NCBI RefSeq assembly: GCF_030144855.1
Contig: NW_026781447.1
Location: 248,001-309,238 of the forward strand
Length of the DNA: 61,238 bases
Source: Hypanus sabinus
Lineage: Eukaryota
Direction of reading: 5' to 3'
The notes under the pieces are model-generated. The model worked only from the letters and a program-made list of their open reading frames with translations. It ran no database searches and was not told the DNA's origin. The translations under genes and the position numbers were made by a program. This document shows, piece by piece, positions 1-15,000 of this stretch (positions are counted from its first letter, which is position 1; every line of letters starts with the position of its first letter).

Positions 1-3000
1 ATGTCGGCATTGGAGAGGACCCAGGACATGTCGGCATTTGAGTGGACCCAGGACATGTCGGCATTGGAGTGGACCAAGGACATGTCGGCATTGGAGTGGA
101 CCCAGGACATGTCGACATTGTAGTGGACCCAGGACATGTCGGCATTGGAGTGCACACAGGACATGTCGGCATTGGAGTAGACCCAGGACATGTCGGCATT
201 GGAGTGGACCCAGGACATGTCGGCATTGGAGTGGACACAGGACATGTCGGCATTGGAGAGGACCCAGGACATGTCGGAATTGGCGTTGACCCAGGACATT
301 TCGGCATTGGAGTGGACCCAGCACATGTCGGAATTGGAGAGGACACAGGACATGTCGGCATTGGAGTGGACCCAGGACATGTCGGCATTGGAGAGGACCC
401 AGGACATGTCGGCATTGGAGTGGACCCAGGACATATCGGTATTGGAGTAGACCCAGGACATGTCGGCATTGGAGTGGACCCAGGACTTGTCGGCATTGGA
501 GAGGACCCAGGGCATTTCGGCATTGGAGTGGACCCAGGACATGTCGGCATTGGAGTGGACCCAGGACATGTCGGCATTTTAGAGGATCCAGGACATGTCG
601 GCATTGGAGTGGACACAGGACATGTCGGCATTGGAGTGGACCCAGGACATGTCGGCATTGGAGTGGACCCAGCACATGTCGGAATTGGAGAGGACCCAGG
701 ACATTTCGGCATTAGAGTGGACTGAGGACATGCCGGCATTGGAGAGGACCCAGGGCATGTCCGCATTGCAGTGGGCCCTGGACATGTCGGCATTGGAGTG
801 GACCAAGGACATGTCGGCATTGGAGTGGACCCAGGACATGTCGGCATTGTAGTGGACCCAGAAAATGTCGGGATTGGAGAGGACCCAGGACATGTCGGCA
901 TTGGAGAGGACCCAGGACATGTCGGCATTGGAGTGGACCCAGGGCATGTTTGGCATTGGAGTGGACCCAGGACATGTCGGCATTGGAGTGGACCCAGGGC
1001 ATGTCGGCATTGGAAAGGACCAAGGAAATGTCCGCATTGGAGTGGACCCAGAATTTGTCGGCATTGGAGTGGACACAGGACATGTCGGCAATGGAGTGGA
1101 CCCAGGACATGTCGGCAGTGGAGAGGACCATGGACATGTCGGCATTGGAGTGGACCCAGGACATGTCGGCATTTGAGTTGACCCAGGACATGTCGGCATT
1201 GGAGTGGACCCAGGGCATGTCGGCATTGGAGTGTACCCAGAACTTGTCGGCATTGGAGTGGACCCAGGAAATGTCAGCATTGGAGTGGACCCAGGACATG
1301 TCGGCATTGGAATGGACACAGGACATGTCGGCATTGGAGTGGACCAAGGACATGTCGGCATTGGAGTGGACCCAGGACATGTCGACTTTGGAGTGGACCC
1401 AGGATATGTCGGCATTGGAGTGGACCCAGAATTTGTCGGCATTGGAGTGGACACAGGACATGTCGGCAATGGAGTGGACCCAGGACATATCGGCATTGGA
1501 GTGGACCAAGGACATGTCGGCATTGGAGTGGACGCAGGACATGTCGGCATTGGAGTAGTCCCAGGACATGTCGGCATTGGAGTGGACCCAGGACATATCG
1601 GCATTGGAAAGGACCCAGCACATGTCGGCATTGGAGTGGACCCAGGACATGTCGGCATATTAGAGGATCCAGGACATGTCGGCATTGGAGTGGACCCAGG
1701 ACATGTCGGCATTGGAGAGGACCATGGGCATGTCGGCTTTGGAGTGGACCCAGAACATGTTGGCATTGGAGTGGACCCAGGACATGTCGGCATTGGAGAG
1801 GACCCAGGACATGTCGGCATTTGAGTGGACCCAGGACATGTCGGCATTGGAGTGGACCCAGGACATGTCGGCATTGGAGTGGACCCAGGACATGTCGGCA
1901 TTGGAAAGGACCCAGGACATATCGGCATTGGAGTGGACCCAGGACATGTCTGCATTTTAGAGGATCCAGGACATGTCGGCATTGGAGTGGACCCAGGACA
2001 TATCGGCATTGGAGTGGACCAAGGACATGTCTGCATTGGAGTGGACCCAGGACATGACGGCATTGGAGTGGACCCAGGACATGTCGGCATTGGAGTGGAC
2101 ACAGGACATGTCGGCATTGGAGAGGACCCAGGACATGTCGGCATTGGAGTGCAACCAGGACTTGTCGGCATTGGAGTGGACCCAGGACATGTCGGCTTTG
2201 CAGTGGACCCAGAACATGTCGGCATTGGAGTGGACCCAGGACATGTCGGCATTGGAGAGGACCCAGGACATGTCGGCATTGGAGTGGACACAGTACATGT
2301 CGGCATTGGAGAGAACACAGGACATGTCGGCATTGGAGAGGACCCACGACATGTCGGCATTGGAGTGGACCCAGAACATGTCGGCATTGGAGAGGACCCA
2401 GGACATGCCGGCATTTGAGTGGACACAGGACATGACGGCATTGGAGTGGACCCAGAACTTGTCGGCATTGGAGTGGACACAGGAAATGTCAGCATTGGAG
2501 TGGACCCAGGACATGTCGGCATTGGAGTGGACCAAGGACATGTCGGCATTGGAGTGGACCCAGGACATGTCGACATTGGAGTGGACCCAGGACATGTCGG
2601 TATTGGAGTGGACCCAGGACATGTCGGCATTGGAGTGGACCCAGGACATGTCGGCATTGGAGTGGGCACAGGACATGTCGGCATCGGAGAGGACCCAGGA
2701 CATGTCGGCATTGGAGTGGAACCAGGACATGTCGGCATTGGAGTGGACCCAGGACATGTCGGCATTGGAGAGGACCCAGGACATGTAGGCAATGGAGTGG
2801 CCCAGGACATGTCGGCATTGGAGTGGACCCAGTTCATGTCGGCATTGGAGAGGACCCAGGACATCTCGGCATTGGAGAGGACCCAGGACATGTCGGCATT
2901 GGAGTGGACCAAGGACATGTCGGCATTGGAGTGGACCCAGGACATATCGGCATTGGAAAGGACCCAGCACATGTCGGCATTGGAGTGGACCCAGGACATG

Positions 3001-6000
3001 TCGGCATTGGAGAGGACCCAGGACATGTAGGCAATGGAGTGGCCCAGGACATGTCGGCATTGGAGGGGACCCAGTTCATGTCGGCATTGGAGAGGACCCA
3101 GGACATCTCGGCATTGGAGAGGACCCAGGACATGTCGACTTTGGAGTGGACCCAGGATATGTCGGCATTGGAGTGGACCCAGAATTTGTCGGCATTGGAG
3201 TGGACACAGGACATGTCGGCAATGGAGTGGACCCAGGACATATCGGCATTGGAGTGGAACAAGGACATGTCGGCATTGGAGTGGACGCAGGACATGTCGG
3301 CATTGGAGTAGACCCAGGACATGTCGGCATTGGAGTGGACCCAGGACATATCGGCATTGGAAAGGACCCAGCACATGTCGGCATTGGAGTGGACCCAGGA
3401 CATGTCGGCATATTAGAGGATCCAGGACATGTCGGCATTGGAGTGGACCCAGGACATGTCGGCATTGGAGAGGACCATGGGCATGTCGGCTTTGGAGTGG
3501 ACCCAGAACATGTTGGCATTGGAGTGGACCCAGGACATGTCGGCATTGGAGAGGACCCAGGACATGTCGGCATTTGAGTGGACCCAGGACATGTCGGCAT
3601 TGGAGTGGACCCAGGACATGTCGGCATTGGAGTGGACCCAGGACATGTCGGCATTGGAAAGGACCCAGGACATATCGGCATTGGAGTGGACCCAGGACAT
3701 GTCTGCATTTTAGAGGATCCAGGACATGTCGGCATTGGAGTGGACCCAGGACATATCGGCATTGGAGTGGACCAAGGACATGTCTGCATTGGAGTGGACC
3801 TAAGACAATGACGGCATTGGAGTGGACCCAGGACATGTCGGCATTGGAGTGGACACAGGACATGTCGGCATTGGAGAGGACCCAGGACATGTCGGCATTG
3901 GAGTGGACCCAGGGCATGTCGGCATTGGAGTGGACCCAGGACATGTCGGCATTGGAGTGGACCCAGGGCATGCCGGCATTGGAAAGGACCAAGGAAATGT
4001 CGGCATTGGAGTGGACCCAGGACATGTCGGCATTGGAGAGGACCCAGGACATGTCAGCATTGGAGTGGACCCAGGACATGTCGGCAGTGGAGAGGACCAT
4101 GGACATGTCGGCATTGGAGTGGACCCAGGACATGTCGGCATTTGAGTTGACCCAGGACATGTCGGCATTGGAGTGGACCCAGGGCATGTCGGCATTGGAG
4201 TGTACCCAGAACTTGTCGGCATTGGAGTGGACCCAGGAAATGTCAGCATTGGAGTGGACCCAGGACATGTCGGCATTGGAGTGGACACAGGACATGTCGG
4301 CATTGGAGTGGACCAAGGACATGTCGGCATTGGAGTGGACCCAGGACATGTCGACTTTGGAGTGGACCCAGGATATGTCGGCATTGGAGTGGACCCAGAA
4401 TTTGTCGGCATTGGAGTGGACACAGGACATGTTGGCAATGGAGTGGACCCAGGACATATCGGCATTGGAGTGGACCAAGGACATGTCGGCATTGGAGTGG
4501 ACGCAGGACATGTCGGCATTGGAGTAGACCCAGGACATGTCGGCATTGGAGTGGACCCAGGACATATCGGCATTGGAAAGGACCCAGCACATGTCGGCAT
4601 TGGAGTGGACCCAGGACATGTCGGCATATTAGAGGATCCAGGACATGTCGGCATTGGAGTGGACCCAGGACATGTCGGCATTGGAGAGGACCATGGGCAT
4701 GTCGGCTTTGGAGTGGACCCAGAACATGTTGGCATTGGAGTGGACCCAGGACATGTCTGCATTTTAGAGGATCCAGGACATGTCGGCATTGGAGTGGACC
4801 CAGGACATATCGGCATTGGAGTGGACCAAGGACATGTCTGCATTGGGGTGGACCCAGGACATGACGGCATTGGAGTGGACCCAGGACATGTCGGCATTGG
4901 AGTGGACACAGGACATGTCGGCACTGGAGAGGACCCAGGACATGTCGGCATTGGAGTGCAACCAGGACTTGTCGGCATTGGAGTGGACCCAGGACATGTC
5001 GGCTTTGGAGTGGACCCAGACCATGTCGGCATTGGAGTGGACCCAGGACATGTCGGCATTGGAGAGGACCCAGGACATGTCGGCATTGGAGTGGACACAG
5101 GACATGTCGGCATTGGAGAGAACACAGGACATGTCGGCATTGGAGAGGACCCACGACATGTCGGCATTGGAGTGGACCCAGAACATGTCGGCATTGGAGA
5201 GGACCCAGGACATGTCGGCATTGGAGTGGACACAGGACATGTCGGCATTGGAGAGAACACAGGACATGTCGGCATTGGAGAGGACCCACGACATGTCGGC
5301 ATTGGAGTGGACCCAGAAAATGTCGGCATTGGAGAGGACCCAGGACATGCCGGCATTTGAGTGGACCCAGGACATGACGGCATTGGAGTGGACCCAGAAC
5401 TTGTCGGCATTGGAGTGGACACAGGAAATGTCAGCATTGGAGTGGACCCAGGACATGTCGGCATTGGAGTGGACCAAGGACATGTCGGCATTGGAGTGGA
5501 CCCAGGACATGTCGACATTGGAGTGGACCCAGGACATGTCGGTATTGGAGTGGACCCAGGACATGTCGGCATTGGAGTGGACCCAGGACATGTCGGCATT
5601 GGAGTGGGCACAGGACATGTCGGCATTGGAGAGGACCCAGGACATGTCGGCATTGGAGTGGAACCAGGACATGTCGGCATTGGAGTGGACCCAGGACATG
5701 TCGGCATTGGAGAGGACCCAGGACATGTAGGCAATGGAGTGTCCCAGGACATGACGGCATTGGAGTGGACCCAGTTCATGTCGGCATTGGAGAGGACCCA
5801 GGACATCTCGGAATTGGAGAGGACCCAGGACATGTCGGCATTGGAGTGGACCAAGGACATGTCGGCATTGGAGTGGACCCAGGACATATCGGCATTGGAA
5901 AGGACCCAGCACATGTCGGCATTGGAGTGGACCCAGGACATGTCGGCATTGGAGAGGACCCAGGACATGTAGGCAATGGAGTGGACCAAGGACATGTCGG

Positions 6001-9000
6001 CATTGGAGTGGACGCAGGACATGTCGGCATTGGAGTAGACCCAGGACATGTCGGCATTGGAGTGGACCCAGGACATATCGGCATTGGAAAGGACCCAGCA
6101 CATGTCGGCATTGGAGTGGACCCAGGACATGTCGGCATATTAGAGGATCCAGGACATGTCGGCATTGGAGTGGACCCAGGACATGTCGGCATTGGAGAGG
6201 ACCATGCGCATGTCGGCTTTGGAGTGGACCCAGAACATGTTGGCATTGGTGTGGACCCAGGACATGTCGGCATTGGAGAGGACCCAGGACATGTCGGCAT
6301 TTGAGTGGACCCAGGACATGTCGGCATTGGAGTGGACCCAGGACATGTCGGCATTGGAGTGGACCCAGGACATGTCGGCATTGGAAAGGACCCAGGACAT
6401 ATCGTCATTGGAGTGGACCCAGGACATGTCTGCATTTTAGAGGATCCAGGACATGTCGGCATTGGAGTGGACCCAGGACATATCGGCATTGGAGTGGACC
6501 AAGGACATGTCTGCATTGGAGTGGACCCAGGACATGACGGCATTGGAGTGGACCCAGGACATGTCGGCATTGGAGTGGACACAGGACATGTCGGCATTGG
6601 AGAGGACCCAGGACATGTCGGCATTGGAGTGCAACCAGGACTTGTCGGCATTGGAGTGGACCCAGGACATGTCGGCTTTGGAGTGGACCCAGAACATGTC
6701 GGCATTGGAGTGGACCCAGGACATGTCGGCATTGGAGAGGACCCAGGACATGTCGGCATTGGAGTGGACACAGGACATGTCGGCATTGGAGAGAACACAG
6801 GACATGTCGGCATTGGAGAGGACCCACGACATGTCGGCATTGGAGTGGACCCAGAACATGTCGGCATTGGAGAAGACCCAGGACATGCCGGCATTTGAGT
6901 GGACACAGGACATGACGGCATTGGAGTGGACCCAGGACATGACGGCATTGGAGTGGACCCAGAACTTGTCGGCATTGGAGTGGACACAGGAAATGTCCGC
7001 ATTGGAGTGGACCCAGGACATGTCGGCATTGGAGTGGACCCAGGACATGTCGACATTGGAGTGGACCCAGGACATGTCGGTGTTGGAGTGGACCCAGGAC
7101 ATGTCGGCATTGGAGTGGACCCAGGACATGTCGGCATTGGAGTGGGCACAGGACATGTCGGCATTGGAGAGGACCCAGGACATGTCGGCATTGGAGTGGA
7201 AACAGGACATGTCGGCATTGGAGTGGACCAAGGACATGTCGGCATTGGAGAGGACCCAGGACATGTAGGCAATGGAGTGGCCCAGGACATGTCGGCATTG
7301 GAGTGGACCCAGTTCATGTCGGCATTGGAGAGGACCCAGGACATCTCGGCATTGGAGAGGACCCAGGACATGTCGGCATTGGAGTGGACCAAGGACATGT
7401 CGGCATTGGAGTGGACCCAGGACATATCGGCATTGGAAAGGACCAAGCACATGTCGGCATTGGAGTGGACCCAGGACATGTCGGCATTTTAGAGGATCCA
7501 GGACATGTCGGCATTGGAGTGGACCCAGAACATGTTGGCATTGGAGTGGACCCAGGACATGTCGGCATTGGAGAGGACCCAGGACATGTCGGCATTTGAG
7601 TGGACCCAGGACATGTCGGCATTGGAGTGGACCCAGGACATGTCGGCATTGGAGTGGACCCAGGACATGTCGGCATTGGAAAGGACCCAGGACATGTCGG
7701 CATTGGAGTGGACCCAGGACATGTCTGCATTTTAGAGGATCCAGGACATGTCGGCATTGCAGTGGACCCAGGACATGTCGGCATTGGAGTGAACCAAGGA
7801 CATGTCTGCATTGGAGTGGACCCAGGACATGTCGGCATTGGAGTGGACACAGGACATGTCGGCATTGGAGAGGACCCAGGACATGTCGGCATTGGAGTGC
7901 AACCAGGACATGTCGGCATTGGAGAGAACCCAGGACATGTCGGCATTGGAGAGGACCCAGGGCATTTCGGCATTGGCCTTGACCCAGGACATGTCGGCAT
8001 TGGAGTGGACCCAGCACATGTCGGCATTGGAGTGGACCCAGGACATGTCGGTATTGGAGTGGACCCAGGACATGTCGGCATTGGAGTGGACCCAGGACAT
8101 GTCGGCATTGGAGTGGGCACAGGACATGTCGGCATTGGAGAGGACCCAGGACATGTCGGCATTGGAGTGGAACCAGGACATGTCGGCATTGGAGTGGACC
8201 CAGGACATGTCGGCATTGGAGAGGACCCAGGACATGTAGGCAATGGAGTGTCCCAGGACATGACGGCATTGGAGTGGACCCAGTTCATGTCGGCATTGGA
8301 GAGGACCCAGGACATCTCGGAATTGGAGAGGACCCAGGACATGTCGGCATTGGAGTGGACCAAGGACATGTCGGCATTGGAGTGGACCCAGGACATATCG
8401 GCATTGGAAAGGACCCAGCACATGTCGGCATTGGAGTGGACCCAGGACATGTCGGCATTGGAGAGGACCCAGGACATGTAGGCAATGGAGTGGACCAAGG
8501 ACATGTCGGCATTGGAGTGGACGCAGGACATGTCGGCATTGGAGTAGACCCAGGACATGTCGGCATTGGAGTGGACCCAGGACATATCGGCATTGGAAAG
8601 GACCCAGCACATGTCGGCATTGGAGTGGACCCAGGACATGTCGGCATATTAGAGGATCCAGGACATGTCGGCATTGGAGTGGACCCAGGACATGTCGGCA
8701 TTGGAGAGGACCATGCGCATGTCGGCTTTGGAGTGGACCCAGAACATGTTGGCATTGGTGTGGACCCAGGACATGTCGGCATTGGAGAGGACCCAGGACA
8801 TGTCGGCATTTGAGTGGACCCAGGACATGTCGGCATTGGAGTGGACCCAGGACATGTCGGCATTGGAGTGGACCCAGGACATGTCGGCATTGGAAAGGAC
8901 CCAGGACATATCGTCATTGGAGTGGACCCAGGACATGTCTGCATTTTAGAGGATCCAGGACATGTCGGCATTGGAGTGGACCCAGGACATATCGGCATTG

Positions 9001-12000
9001 GAGTGGACCAAGGACATGTCTGCATTGGAGTGGACCCAGGACATGACGGCATTGGAGTGGACCCAGGACATGTCGGCATTGGAGTGGACACAGGACATGT
9101 CGGCATTGGAGAGGACCCAGGACATGTCGGCATTGGAGTGCAACCAGGACTTGTCGGCATTGGAGTGGACCCAGGACATGTCGGCTTTGGAGTGGACCCA
9201 GAACATGTCGGCATTGGAGTGGACCCAGGACATGTCGGCATTGGAGAGGACCCAGGACATGTCGGCATTGGAGTGGACACAGGACATGTCGGCATTGGAG
9301 AGAACACAGGACATGTCGGCATTGGAGAGGACCCACGACATGTCGGCATTGGAGTGGACCCAGAACATGTCGGCATTGGAGAAGACCCAGGACATGCCGG
9401 CATTTGAGTGGACACAGGACATGACGGCATTGGAGTGGACCCAGGACATGACGGCATTGGAGTGGACCCAGAACTTGTCGGCATTGGAGTGGACACAGGA
9501 AATGTCCGCATTGGAGTGGACCCAGGACATGTCGGCATTGGAGTGGACCCAGGACATGTCGACATTGGAGTGGACCCAGGACATGTCGGTGTTGGAGTGG
9601 ACCCAGGACATGTCGGCATTGGAGTGGACCCAGGACATGTCGGCATTGGAGTGGGCACAGGACATGTCGGCATTGGAGAGGACCCAGGACATGTCGGCAT
9701 TGGAGTGGAAACAGGACATGTCGGCATTGGAGTGGACCAAGGACATGTCGGCATTGGAGAGGACCCAGGACATGTAGGCAATGGAGTGGCCCAGGACATG
9801 TCGGCATTGGAGTGGACCCAGTTCATGTCGGCATTGGAGAGGACCCAGGACATCTCGGCATTGGAGAGGACCCAGGACATGTCGGCATTGGAGTGGACCA
9901 AGGACATGTCGGCATTGGAGTGGACCCAGGACATATCGGCATTGGAAAGGACCAAGCACATGTCGGCATTGGAGTGGACCCAGGACATGTCGGCATTTTA
10001 GAGGATCCAGGACATGTCGGCATTGGAGTGGACCCAGAACATGTTGGCATTGGAGTGGACCCAGGACATGTCGGCATTGGAGAGGACCCAGGACATGTCG
10101 GCATTTGAGTGGACCCAGGACATGTCGGCATTGGAGTGGACCCAGGACATGTCGGCATTGGAGTGGACCCAGGACATGTCGGCATTGGAAAGGACCCAGG
10201 ACATGTCGGCATTGGAGTGGACCCAGGACATGTCTGCATTTTAGAGGATCCAGGACATGTCGGCATTGCAGTGGACCCAGGACATGTCGGCATTGGAGTG
10301 AACCAAGGACATGTCTGCATTGGAGTGGACCCAGGACATGTCGGCATTGGAGTGGACACAGGACATGTCGGCATTGGAGAGGACCCAGGACATGTCGGCA
10401 TTGGAGTGCAACCAGGACATGTCGGCATTGGAGAGAACCCAGGACATGTCGGCATTGGAGAGGACCCAGGGCATTTCGGCATTGGCCTTGACCCAGGACA
10501 TGTCGGCATTGGAGTGGACCCAGCACATGTCGGAATTGGTGAGGACCCAGGACATGTCGGCATTGGAGTGGACCCAGGACATGACGGCATTGGAGAGGAC
10601 CCAGGACATGTCGGCATTGGAGTGGACCCAGGACATGGCGGCATTGGAGTGGACCAAGGACATCTCGGCATTCGAGTGGACCAAGGAAATGTCGACATTG
10701 GAGTGGACCCAGGACATGTCGGCATTGGAGTGGACCCAGGACATTTCGGCATTGGAGTGGACACAGGACATGTCGGCATCGGAGTGGACCCAGGACATGT
10801 CGGCATTGGAGAGGACCCAGGGCATTTTTGCATTGGAGTGGACCCAGGACATGTCGGCATTGGAGTGGACCCAGGCCATGTCGGAATTGGCGTTGACCAG
10901 GACATGTCGGCATTGGAGTGGACCCAGCACATGTCGGAATTGGAGAGGGCCAGGACATTTCGGCATTGGAGTGGACCCAGGACATGTCGGCATTGGTGTG
11001 GACCCAGGACATGTCGACTTTGGAGTGGACCCATGATATGTCGGCATTGGAGTGGACCCAGGACATGTCGGCATTGGAGAGGACCCAGGACATGTAGGCA
11101 ATGGAGTGGACACAGGACATGTCGGCATTGGAGTGGACCAAGGACATGTCGGCATTGGAGTGGACTCAGGACATGTCGGGATTGGAGTAGACCCAGGACA
11201 TGTCGGCATTGGAGTGGACCCAGTTCATGTCGGCACTGGAGAGGACCCAGGACATCTCGGCATTGGAGAGGACCCAGGACATGTCGGCATTGGATTGGAC
11301 CCAGGACATGTCGGCATTGGAGTGGACCCAGGACATGTCGGCATTGGAGAGGACCCAGGACATGTCGGCATTGGAGTGCAACCAGGACATGTCGGCATTG
11401 GAGAGAACCCAGGACATGTCGGCATTGGAGAGGACCCAGGGCATTTCGGCATTGGCGTTGACCCAGGACATGTCGGCATTGGGTTGGACCCAGCACATGT
11501 CGGAATTGGAGAGGACCCAGGACATGTCGGCATTGGAGTGGACCCAGGACATGTCGGCATTGGAGAGGACCCAGGACATGTCGGCATTGGAGTGGACCCA
11601 GGACATGTCGGCATTGGAGTGGACCAAGGACATGTCGGCATTGGAGTGGACCAAGGAAATGTCGACATTGGAGTGGACCCAGGACATGTCGGCATTGGAG
11701 TGGACCCAGGACATTTCGGCATTGGAGTGGACACAGGACATGTCGGCATCGGAGTGGATTCAGGACATGTCGGCATTGGAGTGGAAGCAGGACATGTCGG
11801 CATTGGAGAGAACCCAGGACATGTCGGCATTGGAGAGGACCCAGGGCATGTCTGCATTGGAGTGGACCCAGGACATGTCGGCATTGGAGTGGACCCAGGA
11901 CATGTCGGCATTGGCGTTGACCAGGACATGTCGGCATTGGTGTGGACCCAGCACATGTCGGAATTGGAGAGGACCAGGACATTTCGGCATTGGAGTGGAC

Positions 12001-15000
12001 CCAGGACATGTCGGCATTGGAGTGGATCCAGGGCATGTCGGCATTGGAGTGGACCCAGGGCATGTCGGCATTGGAGTGGACCAAGGACATGTCGGCATTG
12101 CAGTGGACCCAGGACATGTCGACTTTGGAGTGGACCCAGGACATGTCGGCATTGGAGAGGACCCAGGACATGTAGGCAATGGAGTGGACCCAGGACATGT
12201 CGGCATTGGAGTGGACCAAGGACATGTCGGCATTGGAGAGGACCCAGGACATGTCGGCATTGGAGTGGACCCAGGACATGTCGGCATTGGAGTGGACACA
12301 GGACATATCGGCATTGGAAAGGACCCAGGACATGTCGGCATTGGAGTGGACCCAGGACATGTCGGCATTGGAGTGGACACAGGACATATCGGCATTGGAA
12401 AGGACCCAGGACATGTCGGCATTGGAGTGCAACCAGGACTTGTCGGCATTGGAGTGGACCCAGGACATGTCGGCTTTGGAGTGGACCCAGAACATGTCGG
12501 CATTGGAGTGGACCCAGGACATGTCGGCATTGGAGAGGACCCAGGACATGTCGGCATTGGAGTGGACACAGGACATGTCGGCATTGGAGAGAACACAGGA
12601 CATGTCGGCATTGGAGAGGACCCACGACATGTCGGCATTGGAGTGGACCCAGAACATGTCGGCATTGCAGAAGACCCAGGACATGCCGGCATTTGAGTGG
12701 ACCCAGGACATGACGGCATTGGAGTGGACCCAGGACATGACGGCATTGGAGTGGACCCAGAAATTGTCGGCATTTGAGTGGACACAGGAAATGTCCGCAT
12801 TGGAGTGGACCCAGGACATGTCGGCATTGGAGTGGACCAAGGACATGTCGGCATTGGAGTGGACCCAGGACATGTCGACATTGGAGTGGACCCAGGACAT
12901 GTCGGTATTGGAGTGGACCCAGGACATGTCGGCATTGGAGTGGACCCAGGACATGTCGGCATTGGAGTGGGCACAGGACATGTCGGCATTGGAGAGGACC
13001 CAGGACATGTCGGCATTGGAGTGGAAACAGGACATGTCGGCATTGGAGTGGACCAAGGACATGTCGGCATTGGAGAGGACCCAGGACATGTAGGCAATGG
13101 AGTGGCCCAGGACATGTCGGCATTGGAGTGGACCCAGTTCATGTCGGCATTGGAGAGGACCCAGGACATCTCGGCATTGGAGAGGACCCAGGACATGTCG
13201 GCATTGGAGTGGACCAAGGACATGTCGGCATTGGAGTGGACCCAGGACATATCGGCATTGGAAAGGACCAAGCACATGTCGGCATTGGAGTGGACCCAGG
13301 ACATGTCGGCATTTTAGAGGATCCAGGACATGTCGGCATTGGAGTGGACCCAGAACATGTTGGCATTGGAGTGGACCCAGGACATGTCGGCATTGGAGAG
13401 GACCCAGGACATGTCGGCATTTGAGTGGACCCAGGACATGTCGGCATTGGAGTGGACCCAGGACATGTCGGCATTGGAGTGGACCCAGGACATGTCGGCA
13501 TTGGAAAGGACCCAGGACATGTCGGCATTGGAGTGGACCCAGGACATGTCTGCATTTTAGAGGATCCAGGACATGTCGGCATTGCAGTGGACCCAGGACA
13601 TGTCGGCATTGGAGTGAACCAAGGACATGTCTGCATTGGAGTGGACCCAGGACATGTCGGCATTGGAGTGGACACAGGACATGTCGGCATTGGAGAGGAC
13701 CCAGGACATGTCGGCATTGGAGTGCAACCAGGACATGTCGGCATTGGAGAGAACCCAGGACATGTCGGCATTGGAGAGGACCCAGGGCATTTCGGCATTG
13801 GCCTTGACCCAGGACATGTCGGCATTGGAGTGGACCCAGCACATGTCGGAATTGGTGAGGACCCAGGACATGTCGGCTTTGGAGTGGACACAGGACATGA
13901 CGGCATTGGAGAGGACCCAGGACATGTCGGCATTGGAGTGGACCCAGGACATGGCGGCATTGGAGTGGACCAAGGACATCTCGGCATTCGAGTGGACCAA
14001 GGAAATGTCGACATTGGAGTGGACCCAGGACATGTCGGCATTGGAGTGGACCCAGGACATTTCGGCATTGGAGTGGACACAGGACATGTCGGCATCGGAG
14101 TGGACCCAGGACATGTCGGCATTGGAGTGGAAGCAGGACATGTCGGCATTGGAGAGAACCCAGGACATGTCGGCATTGGAGAGGACCCAGGGCATTTTTG
14201 CATTGGAGTGGACCCAGGACATGTCGGCATTGGAGTGGACCCAGGCCATGTCGGAATTGGCGTTGACCAGGACATGTCGGCATTGGAGTGGACCCAGCAC
14301 ATGTCGGAATTGGAGAGGACCAGGACATTTCGGCATTGGAGTGGACCCAGGACATGTCGGCATTGGTGTGGACCCAGGACATGTCGACTTTGGAGTGGAC
14401 CCATGATATGTCGGCATTGGAGTGGACCCAGGACATGTCGGCATTGGAGAGGACCCAGGACATGTAGGCAATGGAGTGGACCCAGGACATGTCGGCATTG
14501 GAGTGGACCAAGGACATGTCGGCATTGGAGTGGACTCAGGACATGTCGGGATTGGAGTAGACCCAGGACATGTCGGCATTGGAGTGGACCCAGTTCATGT
14601 CGGCACTGGAGAGGACCCAGGACATCTCGGCATTGGAGAGGACCCAGGACATGTCGGCATTGGATTGGACCCAGGACATGTCGGCATTGGAGTGGACCCA
14701 GGACATGTCGGCATTGGAGAGGACCCAGGACATGTCGGCATTGGAGTGCAACCAGGACATGTCGGCATTGGAGAGAACCCAGGACATGTCGGCATTGGAG
14801 AGGACCCAGGGCATTTCGGCATTGGCGTTGACCCAGGACATGTCGGCATTGGGTTGGACCCAGCACATGTCGGAATTGGAGAGGACCCAGGACATGTCGG
14901 CATTGGAGTGGACCCAGGACATGTCGGCATTGGAGAGGACCCAGGACATGTCGGCATTGGAGTGGACCCAGGACATGTCGGCATTGGAGTGGACCAAGGA